Source of the DNA: an uncultured virus (IMG/VR IMGVR_UViG_3300049830_000172)
Taxonomy: Duplodnaviria > Heunggongvirae > Uroviricota > Caudoviricetes
Reading direction: 5' to 3' (one strand)
Length of the DNA stretch: 64,000 nucleotides
IMG/VR virus record: IMGVR_UViG_3300049830_000172
This document shows positions 9,414 to 19,429 of this stretch, piece by piece (the stretch's first letter is position 1; each line of letters opens with the position of its first letter). The notes beneath the pieces are model-generated. The model saw only the letters and a list, made by a program, of their open reading frames with translations. It was not told where the DNA came from and did no database searches. A program made the translations under genes and the position numbers.

Positions 9414-10601
9414 CTACTCTTCTTCGTTTGTAGCGCTAACGATATTCTCTTCCGCCAATTTCTTAGCAGCCAATCCGTCCGTTAATGCCTGTAGTTTATT
9501 TCCGTCGATTTTAAGTCTCTTACAAGCATATTCAAATGCAGTCGTTGACTTGTCTTTTGCTGGTCTCTTTTCTGGTGGTTTTTCAACCATCAGCTTTTCG
9601 ATAAACTCAACTTCATCTTTCGTCTGAATCAAGACCTCTCCTGTTTCAGTGTCGATATAGCGATACACTTTTCGAACACATGTAATGGAGTCTTTCAAAT
9701 CATTTGACTTAACAGCTCGATACAAGAATTCACCAACATGGTCTGACTCTGCTTGCATGAAATAAATAGGAATGGTCGCCTCTTGATTTGGCTTTCCATA
9801 ACGATTTTTCATCACAGATACTAGCGATTTACCGCCAATAATATTCTTTTCAGAGTCAACAATTTGTCCGTCAGCACCATTAATCTTTCGATAAGACAAA
9901 ATAGTGTGTGCGTAATATTGCAATGATTCTCCACCGCCCATCTTCTTAATAAAGGTGTTCGGTCGTGCGCCGCTACCATATCGGAACTGGTTAATCAAAA
10001 TCACAATTGTCCCACTCTCTTCACATAACGGCAAAAGGCTTTGAACAAATCGTCCGATAAACCGAGCGTGTGCGCCAACCATTGGTGTTTCATCAAGCGG
10101 TCTGTCATAGTCTGCCTGCGGTATAAGTGCCGTAACACTGTCTACTACAATTACTCCATACATAGCTGATTCTACAAGTCCCTTGACGAGTTCGCCATTT
10201 TTCTCCGCACTTCCAACTGAGTCAAATAAGTCAAATGTCTCAGCGTTGTAAAGGTCTACGCCAATCTCTTGTGCTCGCGGTGGGTAAAAGGTATTTTCAA
10301 TGTTAAAAAACGCCGAAGCCTTGCCTTTATCTTGTTGAGCTTTGATAGCTTTTAGAGCACTGTATGTTTTACCAGAACCCGAATCACCAACCAAAACAAC
10401 AAGAGAGCCATCGGCAAAACCACCATTGTCACCCAAAACTTCATCAATTTCCAAAATACCGCAAGATGTGAAATTGGGGTTCACGATTTTATCGCCAGTT
10501 TTCCAGCTTGATGGCTTCACGCCAACAGCTTTCATCAATTCACGAATTTTCTTTTGCTTATCATCTAATCTTTTTTCAGATTCTTTATCTTTGTCGCTCA
10601 T
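9414..10601 (-). CDS. recA: RecA/UvsX-like recombinase
   Basis: TSCGILEIDEVLG, Walker A GDSGSGKT, VVDSVTAL, INQFR, GGGESLQYY, KNRYG. Confidence 0.88.
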   Translation of the reverse strand: MSDKDKESEKRLDDKQKKIRELMKAVGVKPSSWKTGDKIVNPNFTSCGILEIDEVLGDNGGFADGSLVVLVGDSGSGKTYSALKAIKAQQDKGKASAFFNIENTFYPPRAQEIGVDLYNAETFDLFDSVGSAEKNGELVKGLVESAMYGVIVVDSVTALIPQADYDRPLDETPMVGAHARFIGRFVQSLLPLCEESGTIVILINQFRYGSGARPNTFIKKMGGGESLQYYAHTILSYRKINGADGQIVDSEKNIIGGKSLVSVMKNRYGKPNQEATIPIYFMQAESDHVGEFLYRAVKSNDLKDSITCVRKVYRYIDTETGEVLIQTKDEVEFIEKLMVEKPPEKRPAKDKSTTAFEYACKRLKIDGNKLQALTDGLAAKKLAEENIVSATNEEE

Positions 10602-10620
10602 TTTAATCCTCATAGAGAAC

Positions 10621-10656
10621 AAAAAGGCGCACTCATATCATAGAGTGCGCCTTTTT
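10621..10656. terminator. Bidirectional intrinsic terminator between ssb and recA
   Basis: aaaaaggcgcactc-N8-gagtgcgccttttt perfect stem with A/T tails. Confidence 0.8.
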
Positions 10657-10663
10657 GGGTGGC

Positions 10664-11695
10664 TTACCAGTCTGGGTCGCCGTCAGCTTCTTCTGCTACT
10701 GCCACAGAACTGTCGCTATCTTCGTCAAACGGGTTAGCTAACTCTGCTGGTGCAGCTTTTGGTGTCTTTGCTGCTTTAGCAGCCTTGGGCGCAGCGGCAA
10801 CTGGCTCTGGGGCTTCATCAATCACAAGTTCATCACTGTGAGTTGACTCTGCCTTTGCTGCTGGTGCCGCAGTAGCGCTACCGTCACCTGTCTTAATCGG
10901 TGTTGGCTTGAAAATATTGGCGATGTTGTATCCGTAAAGGTACCAATCGTCCCACTCAGGAAGCTGCGTGTCTTCCTTTCGGTCTTTCTCGTAAGTTGCT
11001 CGCTCGTTGGCGATTTCCTCGTCAGTTGGGCATCCCAATGCCTTAAGCATAGCGATTTCCTCATCAGTTACCTGAGTCTTCTTGGGATTAACAGAGATGA
11101 CATAATCAACTCCACCCATTGCGTTATTTGGATTTGCCTTTGCCTTGATTTTAATATCATGGGCAACAGCTCCACCGAGCATGACGCACTGTGGTTCGTC
11201 ATTTGGATTTTCGTCATTGGTTTCCCGGTTGGTGGTTTCATATTCCATCAACTTGTTGAAAATCATAGCGCCTTTTTCGAGAATCTTAACTACGCTAGTT
11301 CCATCAGCTTGTCGCTCAAGTACGTTTACAGCGTATCTCCAGCTACCGATGTAACCAAGCTTCTGCCAAGGGCATTCGCCGTATGAGGCATCTCCCTCGG
11401 TACCAATACGAGTGTACTTAGAGTTGAGATGGGCGTCAGGGAAAGCGACTTTCTTGGTTGCTCCCTTTTCTCCAGCGTTTCGTCTGTCCCAGTCAGGTTT
11501 CTTGTCTGTGAACTGTCGAAATTGGATTGGACATCCAATGATTCGAAGATACCTTACGGTTTCTCCAGTTGCTACGTCTGGCTTGAGGTCTACGAACTCA
11601 GCCTTGGCGAAGCCGTTGCCTTGGGACTGAGGTTTGTTTGCTTGAGCTGTTTTTTCTTCAAGCATCTTTTGCGATGAGTACATGCGTTGTGCCAT
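10664..11695 (-). CDS. Probable single-stranded DNA-binding protein (gp32-like)
   Basis: Adjacent to recA; RYAVNV..VKILE core, low-complexity linker, acidic C-terminus ending DPDW. Confidence 0.6.
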   Translation of the reverse strand: MAQRMYSSQKMLEEKTAQANKPQSQGNGFAKAEFVDLKPDVATGETVRYLRIIGCPIQFRQFTDKKPDWDRRNAGEKGATKKVAFPDAHLNSKYTRIGTEGDASYGECPWQKLGYIGSWRYAVNVLERQADGTSVVKILEKGAMIFNKLMEYETTNRETNDENPNDEPQCVMLGGAVAHDIKIKAKANPNNAMGGVDYVISVNPKKTQVTDEEIAMLKALGCPTDEEIANERATYEKDRKEDTQLPEWDDWYLYGYNIANIFKPTPIKTGDGSATAAPAAKAESTHSDELVIDEAPEPVAAAPKAAKAAKTPKAAPAELANPFDEDSDSSVAVAEEADGDPDW

Positions 11696-11901
11696 ATGTT
11701 TTTCCTGCGAGTCGGAAGCCTTAGTGCATCTGTGATGCGAGTGCTTCTATTACTCTTTATAGTTTCTTTTCGGGGCAATCAGCACAAACTTTTTACATTT
11801 TGTGCGTCATACTTTATTTCTACAATAAATCATCGAAATCCTTTGATTTATTTGTCTATTTTTATAATAGTTTGATATGTCTTGAAAATGCACACATGTG
11901 T

Positions 11902-12621
11902 TTACAATTCTTCAAAACCATCAGAATCTTTTTGACGAGGGTGACGAATGTGACTAGTAGTTTCGGAATTCCACTTGGCGTGTTGCCCCTCTCTATCGTA
12001 AGATGAATTGATTTTCGTCAATGCTTCCTTCTCACGCAACATTCTACTTAGTTGAAAAGCTGAAAATTCAATACTCTCTATTTTTTCAACAATCTGGTCT
12101 AGCATTTCCTTAGCTTGAGATACAAGACGCAAGAAGGGGGCGACTACGTGAGCTGAGTCAGCTTTTTTATCATCAAGTAACCCGCCAGCTTTACTAAATA
12201 ATTTAAACGCCTGTTTATCCAGTGATTTATATGCTTGATTGTAGATTTCATGATGCGCATTCACGATGCTTTTCATTGTTGTTAATCGGTCTCTATAAGC
12301 GACCTGCGTGCTGTACAGAATTGCCAATTTTTCAAAAGAAAAATTATTATCTGATTGAAATTCCATTTTCATGCTAGCAATTTCTGTTTTATATGATTCC
12401 CTATTATAAACAGGCAGTAACTTAAAACCCTCACTCCATGCTTGAACTTCATCTGCGAAAGATTCTTTTGTGACACCATTGATTCGCCTTTTTGTTTCTG
12501 CAACAAAATCATAATGCGCAGTTTCTGCCCATACATTGCCTATAACCAGTGTTGCCACTGGTTGCGAGTTCTCCAATGGTAGCATCTCTGGCTCTTCTTC
12601 AATAAATCCAATATTATCCAT
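11902..12621 (-). CDS. Hypothetical helical protein (possible recombination mediator)
   Basis: 239-aa ORF between dnaE and ssb; function guessed from context only. Confidence 0.55.
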   Translation of the reverse strand: MDNIGFIEEEPEMLPLENSQPVATLVIGNVWAETAHYDFVAETKRRINGVTKESFADEVQAWSEGFKLLPVYNRESYKTEIASMKMEFQSDNNFSFEKLAILYSTQVAYRDRLTTMKSIVNAHHEIYNQAYKSLDKQAFKLFSKAGGLLDDKKADSAHVVAPFLRLVSQAKEMLDQIVEKIESIEFSAFQLSRMLREKEALTKINSSYDREGQHAKWNSETTSHIRHPRQKDSDGFEEL

Positions 12622-12628
12622 TTATCAC

Positions 12629-15600
12629 CTAAAAGATATCATTTGGGAAAAGTGACCGTGTATTTAACACCTTGGGTTTGTTCACTTCTCGTTTTGGTCT
12701 AGCTGCTCGTTCCACAGGTATAGGGCGCTCTCCTTCATTGACAGACATTGGAGAAAGAACCTTATATTTCATTTTCTCTTCTCGCTTTTTGCGTTTTTCA
12801 TCCTGATTTCTTTCATCCACTAGTGAATCATAGTAAGTCATCAGTTCATCGGTATTTCGACTTGCATCCGTAAAGCAATCCAAAGCGCCACCTTCAGCGA
12901 GGTGTTCTACCATTCCTCTATTCGGGCGAGCACGCCAAACCATGTCTTTTAAATTCTCGAATGGCTGATGTTCCACAATAGTTTGCGCCATTGCACCGAC
13001 ACCTTTGATTGACGTTAGCGGAAGTGCAATGTGCCCTTCTACGGTGACAGTGGTTTCTAAGCTAGAGTCATTAACATTCGGCTTAATAACCGTTAGACCA
13101 TTGCGCTTACACTCTTGTTGATAGATTGCCATTTTTGCTGCATCGTCCCGGTCGATTTGCATAACCGCCGCCATCCATTCCGCAGGATAATAAGCCCTCA
13201 GATAAGCCGTGCAATAAGATAACAAAGCATAAGCACAGGCATGACTTCTATTAAAAGCATAGCCAGCAAATTTACCCATTAGGTTTAAAGTAGCATCCAC
13301 GGCTTGTTTAGGCACACCTTTTTCCGCTGCTTTTGTTTCAAATACTTTACAAATCTTGCCAAAAGCTTCTGGGTCTTTTTTAGACACAGCTTTTCTCAAT
13401 TTATCAACTTCGTCCCAGTCTAAACTTGCCATTTCACGAGCCAAGAACATAGCCTGTTCTTGGTACACCATGATTCCAAATGTGACCTCAAGGTGCTTTT
13501 TAATAATGGGGTGGGCATATTTGATTTTGCTAGGATTCTTTTTACCATCGGCGTAATCTGGAATAAATGCCATTGGGCCTGGCCGGTACAAAGCAGCAAC
13601 AGCAATTAAGTCTTCAACACATGATGCCTGGACTTGGCGCAAAGCATCTTGCATTCCGGGGCTAGCAAATTGAAAAATTGTAGAAGTTGTTCCAGTTTTA
13701 TATAGATTGAAAATCTTAGGGTCATCCATATTAATTTTGGAAAAATCAACTGGTTCTCCATGGCGTTTTTCTATCATTTTTTGAGCCAAAGCAATCATTT
13801 GGAAACAAGCCAATCCAAGGTAATCGTATTTAACCAATCCCACGCGCTCGACACTCTTCATGTCATACGCGGATGCAAGCACTCCTTTGGAGTTTTCGAT
13901 TGGTGAGTGGTCACGAATGGGTTCGCTCGAAACCAAAACGCCACCAGCGTGGATGCCAAGATTAGAAATTCTATCTATCAAACCTTCAGATAGTTTCATA
14001 TCCTCGGGGAATTGCTTCACCCAATTGGCGAACTCGGGCGATTCTGCCGCTGCATCTTTAATCGGGTCTTTTGATTTACCAGCCGCCTGTGGTCTGAATG
14101 GAATGGATTTGGAAACAACTTGAGCCATTCTATGCGTATTGTCACCATATATCTGATTAAATCTAGGACTTACTTTCAGCGTATTTGTAACCGCTGCTTT
14201 GGTTTGATATGTCCCCCACGTGCCAATCATACATACGTGGTCGTGCCCAAAGCGATTTCTAGCCCATTCAATAACTTCCCCTCTTCGACTATCATCAATA
14301 TCAGTATCAACGTCGGGGAGGCTTGCAACTTTTTTAACTTTAAGGCTTTTAGTTGGTTTTTCATCAGTGACACCCAGGAAATACGCCGTCCAAAGTTGAG
14401 CATCATTGTGAGGTGTGTTAAATCCCTTGTCGGCTAGATAACAAACATATGTCGCTAGATTAGCCATTTCCAATACCCAAATTTCTTTAGCTATTTCTGG
14501 TTCATATTTAGCTAGAGTAGAATCTAATGCAATTTTATCTTTAACAAGTTTTTTCAACCTTACAACTGCTTCATCTTGATTTTGTTTACCAGTTTCTTCC
14601 AACCAAGTTTTCGATGGTTCGTCTTTATATGAAATTTCGTATTGATTTCCTCGACCCGGATTAAGGAATCGCTCAAACATCAATTTCCAGCGAATTGGGT
14701 CAACGTTACAGACTTCTAAACAGTGATTAACCAAAGAACCAACACCCGAACCACGAATACCGTACAAAATACCGCGCCCTTTCATGAAATCAACCATTTC
14801 AGATTGAATCAAGAAGTAGTCGGTTACACCCATGTACCAAATTTGTTCAAGTTCGCTCTTTAATCTAACCTTGTATTCAGGATTGCTACCAAAACCCAAT
14901 TTCTTCAAACCATCCATTGACAAAAACGCCAAATAAGCATCATTGGGTTTATGATATGGTAAGAACTTAGACTTGAATGTATTAAATCGTTCATTATCAG
15001 TTGGTATATTGACATGTGGCAAAAGATGTGGGACATCCAATTTGAGAAAATCCTCAACTTTATCCGCTAACTCCATCGTGTTAGAAATTGCTTCTGGTTT
15101 AGAGCCAAATATGCGCATCATGTCTTCTTCACTCTTTAGGAAGAATTGATGTGAGCCATATGCTTCTTTCTTGCCTTTGTTGATTCTATCGCTTGAAATA
15201 TCACGCATACTGATTAAAAGCTCGTGTATGCGCCAATCTTCTGGCTTTAAATAGTGAACATCATTACTGGCGATGACAGGTAAATCAAGATTGCTGGCAA
15301 TTTTAACCAACTTTGGCAAATTAGCTTTTTGCTCTGGAATTCCGTGATATTGCAGTTCAATATAATATCTGTCTTTGAAAGTTTCAGCAAATTTCCCAGC
15401 AATATCTTCAGCAACATCATCTTCGCCTCTCAATAGAGCTTGGTTAACCTCACTTGCAAGACAACCCGATAGGGCAATAATTCCTTCATTAAACCTTTCA
15501 AGAATCTCCCAGTCAACCGTGGGTTCATAATAATACCCCTCTTCTGCCCCAATAGCTTGAATACGCAATAAATTACGATACCCCACTTCATTCATAGCCA

Positions 15601-15919
15601 ACAATGTAAGATGATTGTGCTTCGGTCTTCCTTTAGAGCCGTCAGCTCGAATGACTGATTCTTTTACATGTCGGTCAAAATAGGTATAAACTTCACAACC
15701 AATAATTGGCTTAATTGGTGCCAAATCTTTATAAGGATTTCTGCATGCTTCAACGAATTCGATAACACCACCCATTCTGCCATGGTCTGTGATAGCGGTT
15801 GCCGAAAAGCCCATTTCTCGCGCATGTTGAGCATATTCCTTTGGAGTCGGCAAAGCATCTTGAACAGAATAATGAGTGTGAGCGTGCAGATGCACAAAGT
15901 TTTGTTTAGATTGACACAT
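12629..15919 (-). CDS. dnaE: DNA polymerase III alpha subunit (C-family)
   Basis: PHP HLHAHTHYS, TDHG, RGSG.GSLV, FERFLNP, PDVDTD, HAGG, KYDYLGL, YRPGP, YQEQ, FNRSHA; no obvious C-terminal OB domain. Confidence 0.95.
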   Translation of the reverse strand: MCQSKQNFVHLHAHTHYSVQDALPTPKEYAQHAREMGFSATAITDHGRMGGVIEFVEACRNPYKDLAPIKPIIGCEVYTYFDRHVKESVIRADGSKGRPKHNHLTLLAMNEVGYRNLLRIQAIGAEEGYYYEPTVDWEILERFNEGIIALSGCLASEVNQALLRGEDDVAEDIAGKFAETFKDRYYIELQYHGIPEQKANLPKLVKIASNLDLPVIASNDVHYLKPEDWRIHELLISMRDISSDRINKGKKEAYGSHQFFLKSEEDMMRIFGSKPEAISNTMELADKVEDFLKLDVPHLLPHVNIPTDNERFNTFKSKFLPYHKPNDAYLAFLSMDGLKKLGFGSNPEYKVRLKSELEQIWYMGVTDYFLIQSEMVDFMKGRGILYGIRGSGVGSLVNHCLEVCNVDPIRWKLMFERFLNPGRGNQYEISYKDEPSKTWLEETGKQNQDEAVVRLKKLVKDKIALDSTLAKYEPEIAKEIWVLEMANLATYVCYLADKGFNTPHNDAQLWTAYFLGVTDEKPTKSLKVKKVASLPDVDTDIDDSRRGEVIEWARNRFGHDHVCMIGTWGTYQTKAAVTNTLKVSPRFNQIYGDNTHRMAQVVSKSIPFRPQAAGKSKDPIKDAAAESPEFANWVKQFPEDMKLSEGLIDRISNLGIHAGGVLVSSEPIRDHSPIENSKGVLASAYDMKSVERVGLVKYDYLGLACFQMIALAQKMIEKRHGEPVDFSKINMDDPKIFNLYKTGTTSTIFQFASPGMQDALRQVQASCVEDLIAVAALYRPGPMAFIPDYADGKKNPSKIKYAHPIIKKHLEVTFGIMVYQEQAMFLAREMASLDWDEVDKLRKAVSKKDPEAFGKICKVFETKAAEKGVPKQAVDATLNLMGKFAGYAFNRSHACAYALLSYCTAYLRAYYPAEWMAAVMQIDRDDAAKMAIYQQECKRNGLTVIKPNVNDSSLETTVTVEGHIALPLTSIKGVGAMAQTIVEHQPFENLKDMVWRARPNRGMVEHLAEGGALDCFTDASRNTDELMTYYDSLVDERNQDEKRKKREEKMKYKVLSPMSVNEGERPIPVERAARPKREVNKPKVLNTRSLFPNDIF

Positions 15920-16916
15920 TGTTTATATTCCTATTATCGTCCATTTTTCTGTTTTTCGACACACCCTTTCTCGCTTGATTCCATTTTCCAGCTATGGAGC
16001 GATTTTCTTTTGGTTTCTTCGTCGTCTTTTTATTCTTGCTGTCCCACATTGTTGCCAGCCCACCGGGAAGCATTACCACACCAGAATATTGTGCGTGTTC
16101 GTGAGTAACTGGCTTTTTACTCATTTTCTTATAATACCTTTTTTTAACCAAACCAGCCATGTTTTCAGCATCTTTTGCCTTCAATTCTTTTGGTCTTTTT
16201 CGCAAAGGCAGTCGCCCTGGCGAACATAATGTGTATGTATTCGGCAATTGACGACAGACCACGTATTTGTTTAGATGTTGTTGCACCTTGTATGCTGCGG
16301 GAATATCTTTCGAGAGCTTGGCGCAAGCCATTCTCGCCTCATGCTCACTTGAATGTTCTGAAATGGTTTGAAAGCCACCAATAGAATTCACATCAACACA
16401 TTCTTTCACAGCACGTTTAACAGTGCTTTCGGACTGTCCAGTCATTAATGCGATGGATTGTACCGATATTGGTCTTTCGTCTATATATCGCGCTGCCACA
16501 ACAGAAATAAGTAAATTTTTCAATTCATGAATGTCTTCAGATTCTAAATTTTTGACTGTAAATGTAAAAGGTTCGCTGCGCGTTGATGTGGGGTTCAGGC
16601 GTTCGATAACTGCGGCTCTCCCGATAAGGCAAGTAACCTTTATGCCCCTTGCGTCTCTTCCGGGTTTGTTCCAGTATTTACCTATTCCTTGGCGGAATTT
16701 ATCATAGGCTCTACTTTGTTCTACGCCAAAAACAGTTCTTACAAAGTCAATCAAATCAGATACAGCAATTTTCCCACTTCCTTTAGCAGATTTATCCATA
16801 CCCTTCAATATGCTCCACAGAGCATATAATTCGCCTTCTTTTTGTTTTAGTGATGCTGCTACAAGCTCTGGATATAAAATAACTTGGGTATCAGCAATCG
16901 GAATCTCAGTTTGCAT
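15906..16916 (-). CDS. Hypothetical basic DNA-binding protein with HTH-like segment
   Basis: SVQSIALMTGQSESTVKRAV; located in the replication operon. Confidence 0.5.
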   Translation of the reverse strand: MQTEIPIADTQVILYPELVAASLKQKEGELYALWSILKGMDKSAKGSGKIAVSDLIDFVRTVFGVEQSRAYDKFRQGIGKYWNKPGRDARGIKVTCLIGRAAVIERLNPTSTRSEPFTFTVKNLESEDIHELKNLLISVVAARYIDERPISVQSIALMTGQSESTVKRAVKECVDVNSIGGFQTISEHSSEHEARMACAKLSKDIPAAYKVQQHLNKYVVCRQLPNTYTLCSPGRLPLRKRPKELKAKDAENMAGLVKKRYYKKMSKKPVTHEHAQYSGVVMLPGGLATMWDSKNKKTTKKPKENRSIAGKWNQARKGVSKNRKMDDNRNINNVSI

Positions 16917-17196
16917 TTTGTTTAATCGCTCTCAAGATAGCATCTCTTTTACCCAATTCAAACTCAGCTCCCATTCGGAGTAAATAAGCAGCAGCTTCGT
17001 CTTCTGTTAACCCCAATGATAATTCAAGAGTTTTACTTACAAACGCAAAAATAGTAGCCGAGGCTCCGTTGAGGGTAATGGTGCGAGTAATTGTTTCTGG
17101 TGGCGTTTCAAAAACTGACTTTAATTGTTCTGCTGATGGGCCTACGTTTTTTGCTATTTCATTCCAAATATCATTTAAATCTTTTTGTTCACTCAT
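16906..17196 (-). CDS. Hypothetical protein
   Basis: 96-aa ORF overlapping both neighbours. Confidence 0.65.
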   Translation of the reverse strand: MSEQKDLNDIWNEIAKNVGPSAEQLKSVFETPPETITRTITLNGASATIFAFVSKTLELSLGLTEDEAAAYLLRMGAEFELGKRDAILRAIKQNAN

Positions 17197-17878
17197 TTTC
17201 CGCTCGCTGCTGATACCTTGCGTATCGCTCTTTCAATTCTCTGGTCAGGGTAGACCAAATATCACTCATACCCTTTTGGTCTTCTTTGGCATCTTTGGCA
17301 TCTACATCTTTGTAAATACCATCAATCCACTGAAGCTCAGTTTCATCAAAATTAACCTTTATTTCATATGCTCTCAACCTATCAGCTAAGACTCTCATAT
17401 ATTCAATCGGGCTTAAACCCGCTGGTAATTTTGATTCATTTTGTCCGTTTAAAAACGCTTTAACAGTGGCTTCAATATCTCGAAGGGTTCTATAAGCAGA
17501 CAAACTATTGTTTGTCGCATCAACCCCGGATAAAACTGCCAATTTTGCTACTGCATCATTGAATGGAATTCCGTCCACCTTTCGAACAAAGTGTAAGAGA
17601 TTTCCCTTCTCTTGACAACCAAAACATTTGAAAACTTTTAATTCTGGATTTACCCCAAAACTTGGAGTGGAATCTCTATGACCCGGTAATGGACAATTTG
17701 TGTGCCACCAGCCTTTTGGGGTTGGCTCTTCAAATACAAGGTCGTATTCCTCTTCCATAATCTGAAGGATATCTAGGGCGTCTAAGATTTCTTCTATGAG
17801 AGAGGAACTGTATTTATTGGTCGTTTTTTGTTCAGGTTCCTGTTCAAAAAACGACGTTTTATTTAACTTTCTTATCAT
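17189..17878 (-). CDS. Stand-alone primase CHC2 zinc-binding domain protein
   Basis: CPLPGHRDSTPSF...FKCFGC...GN...FV...DG..F.DAV..LA; ATGA overlap with the helicase stop. Confidence 0.85.
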   Translation of the reverse strand: MIRKLNKTSFFEQEPEQKTTNKYSSSLIEEILDALDILQIMEEEYDLVFEEPTPKGWWHTNCPLPGHRDSTPSFGVNPELKVFKCFGCQEKGNLLHFVRKVDGIPFNDAVAKLAVLSGVDATNNSLSAYRTLRDIEATVKAFLNGQNESKLPAGLSPIEYMRVLADRLRAYEIKVNFDETELQWIDGIYKDVDAKDAKEDQKGMSDIWSTLTRELKERYARYQQRAENE

Positions 17879-19428
17879 TCCATATCCCAATCAGACGGGT
17901 CTAGGGTCAACTCACTGGCGTCCACCACTTCGACGCCACCCTGCCATGAAATTTCCTGATTTCCGTTTTCAAGTTCGCGAACTGTGGTGCCTTGTTGAAC
18001 TCCCACACCGTCGTCTGGCATAGTGCCATTTAATCGTGCAATCCGCATCCAATTTGCATGCTCCTCGGGAGTTAAATCATATACACCATTGTGTTCAGCA
18101 TCCCATTTTGCGCCAGTGGGAACGAACCATGCGTCTCTCATCTTAACGGGATGATATGTTACCATGGATTCTTCTTTATGAGGCTCCAATCCAATAACAA
18201 AGTGAGCTAAGTGCATTAAGCGCTGGTCGCCGCTGGCAGCATCTTGCCAATATTGAGTCGCTTTTTTATCTTCCTTTCGTTTACGATTTTCACGAATAGA
18301 CTCTCTGTTGATTTGCTGGGCGGTCAAAAATGGAAGCTGATATCGTTTTGCCAACACATGTAGCTTTTGAAAAGCATCGCCCTGTTGTTCCCATGGTTTT
18401 GCTTCTCGCCTTCCATCGCGAGTTTTCATATTACCCATATAATCAATAACAACCAAATCCGGTTTACCTTTTGTTTGGATTAATTCCCTAATTCGCGAAT
18501 CAACATATTCAGGTGTGGGGTCTTCCAAAGATACGTCATATTCAAAATACGCACCGCCTTTTGAAAGACTTAATCGAGTGACCAAATCTTCTACTTCCTG
18601 TGGTGCTAAACTCATTCCCTTTAGAGCGCTGTAAGGCACTTGATATGCTAAGCTAAGATGCCTCAATAGACATTGCCATAAATCCATTTCAAAGCTAAAA
18701 TACAACACGTTTTTCTGTTGTTCTTTATGAGCGTGATGCGCCCAATTTAAAAGCTGAACTGATTTTCCACCCGACGATGGTGCAAGAAGAACAACAAGTT
18801 GTCCACCCATCCAGCCAAATGTTTTTTCATCAATGTTTTCAATGCCGCATCGCACGCCTTGATAAGAAGCCGGGTCATTTAAACGCCGATTGTACTCTTC
18901 CTTTACAAAATCAGAAGCCATTGAAACGTCAATCCTTTGTTTCTCGCTTCCAAAATCAGCAAGTTCTTCGTGAATTTGGTCAATAACCGCCTGTGAAGCC
19001 GCTATACCCGCTTCTAAACTTTCGTTTACTGCTGCTTCATGTCCAACCTGATGCATGTCATTCCATAAGCCCCAGCATCGTTTTTCCTTTAACTCTTCGA
19101 TTAAGAATGGTAATTCATTATCATCACAATCTTCAAGCTCAATTTGCTCCCAAATTTCAAGATATTTCATCTTTTCTTTAGCATCAACTTTAGACGATTT
19201 AGCAAGTCGTGTTTCGAGAATATTTTTGGTAGTCAATGTTCCATTTTGCTCGTAATAAACTTGGATTAATTTAAACAAACTGTTTGTGTAGCTTCTAGTG
19301 TGTTGCTCTGGAATAAAACCAAAATGAGAATCCGTGATTCGTTGTTCTAATATTTTATTAATGGCGAGAGGGTTGGTAATCATATGTTTGAGAACCCTCA
19401 ACTCAATTTGTTCATTGTCGAATTTCAT
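17875..19428 (-). CDS. dnaB: DnaB-like replicative helicase
   Basis: APSSGGKS, YFSFEM, VVIDYM, TAQQINRE, KMRD; start MKFDNEQ after SD GGGAG. Confidence 0.88.
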   Translation of the reverse strand: MKFDNEQIELRVLKHMITNPLAINKILEQRITDSHFGFIPEQHTRSYTNSLFKLIQVYYEQNGTLTTKNILETRLAKSSKVDAKEKMKYLEIWEQIELEDCDDNELPFLIEELKEKRCWGLWNDMHQVGHEAAVNESLEAGIAASQAVIDQIHEELADFGSEKQRIDVSMASDFVKEEYNRRLNDPASYQGVRCGIENIDEKTFGWMGGQLVVLLAPSSGGKSVQLLNWAHHAHKEQQKNVLYFSFEMDLWQCLLRHLSLAYQVPYSALKGMSLAPQEVEDLVTRLSLSKGGAYFEYDVSLEDPTPEYVDSRIRELIQTKGKPDLVVIDYMGNMKTRDGRREAKPWEQQGDAFQKLHVLAKRYQLPFLTAQQINRESIRENRKRKEDKKATQYWQDAASGDQRLMHLAHFVIGLEPHKEESMVTYHPVKMRDAWFVPTGAKWDAEHNGVYDLTPEEHANWMRIARLNGTMPDDGVGVQQGTTVRELENGNQEISWQGGVEVVDASELTLDPSDWDME

Positions 19429-19429
19429 T

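Noticed and set aside
14324..14650. Intein or intron in dnaE
   Set aside because: No N-terminal C/S or terminal HN motifs, and the frame is continuous
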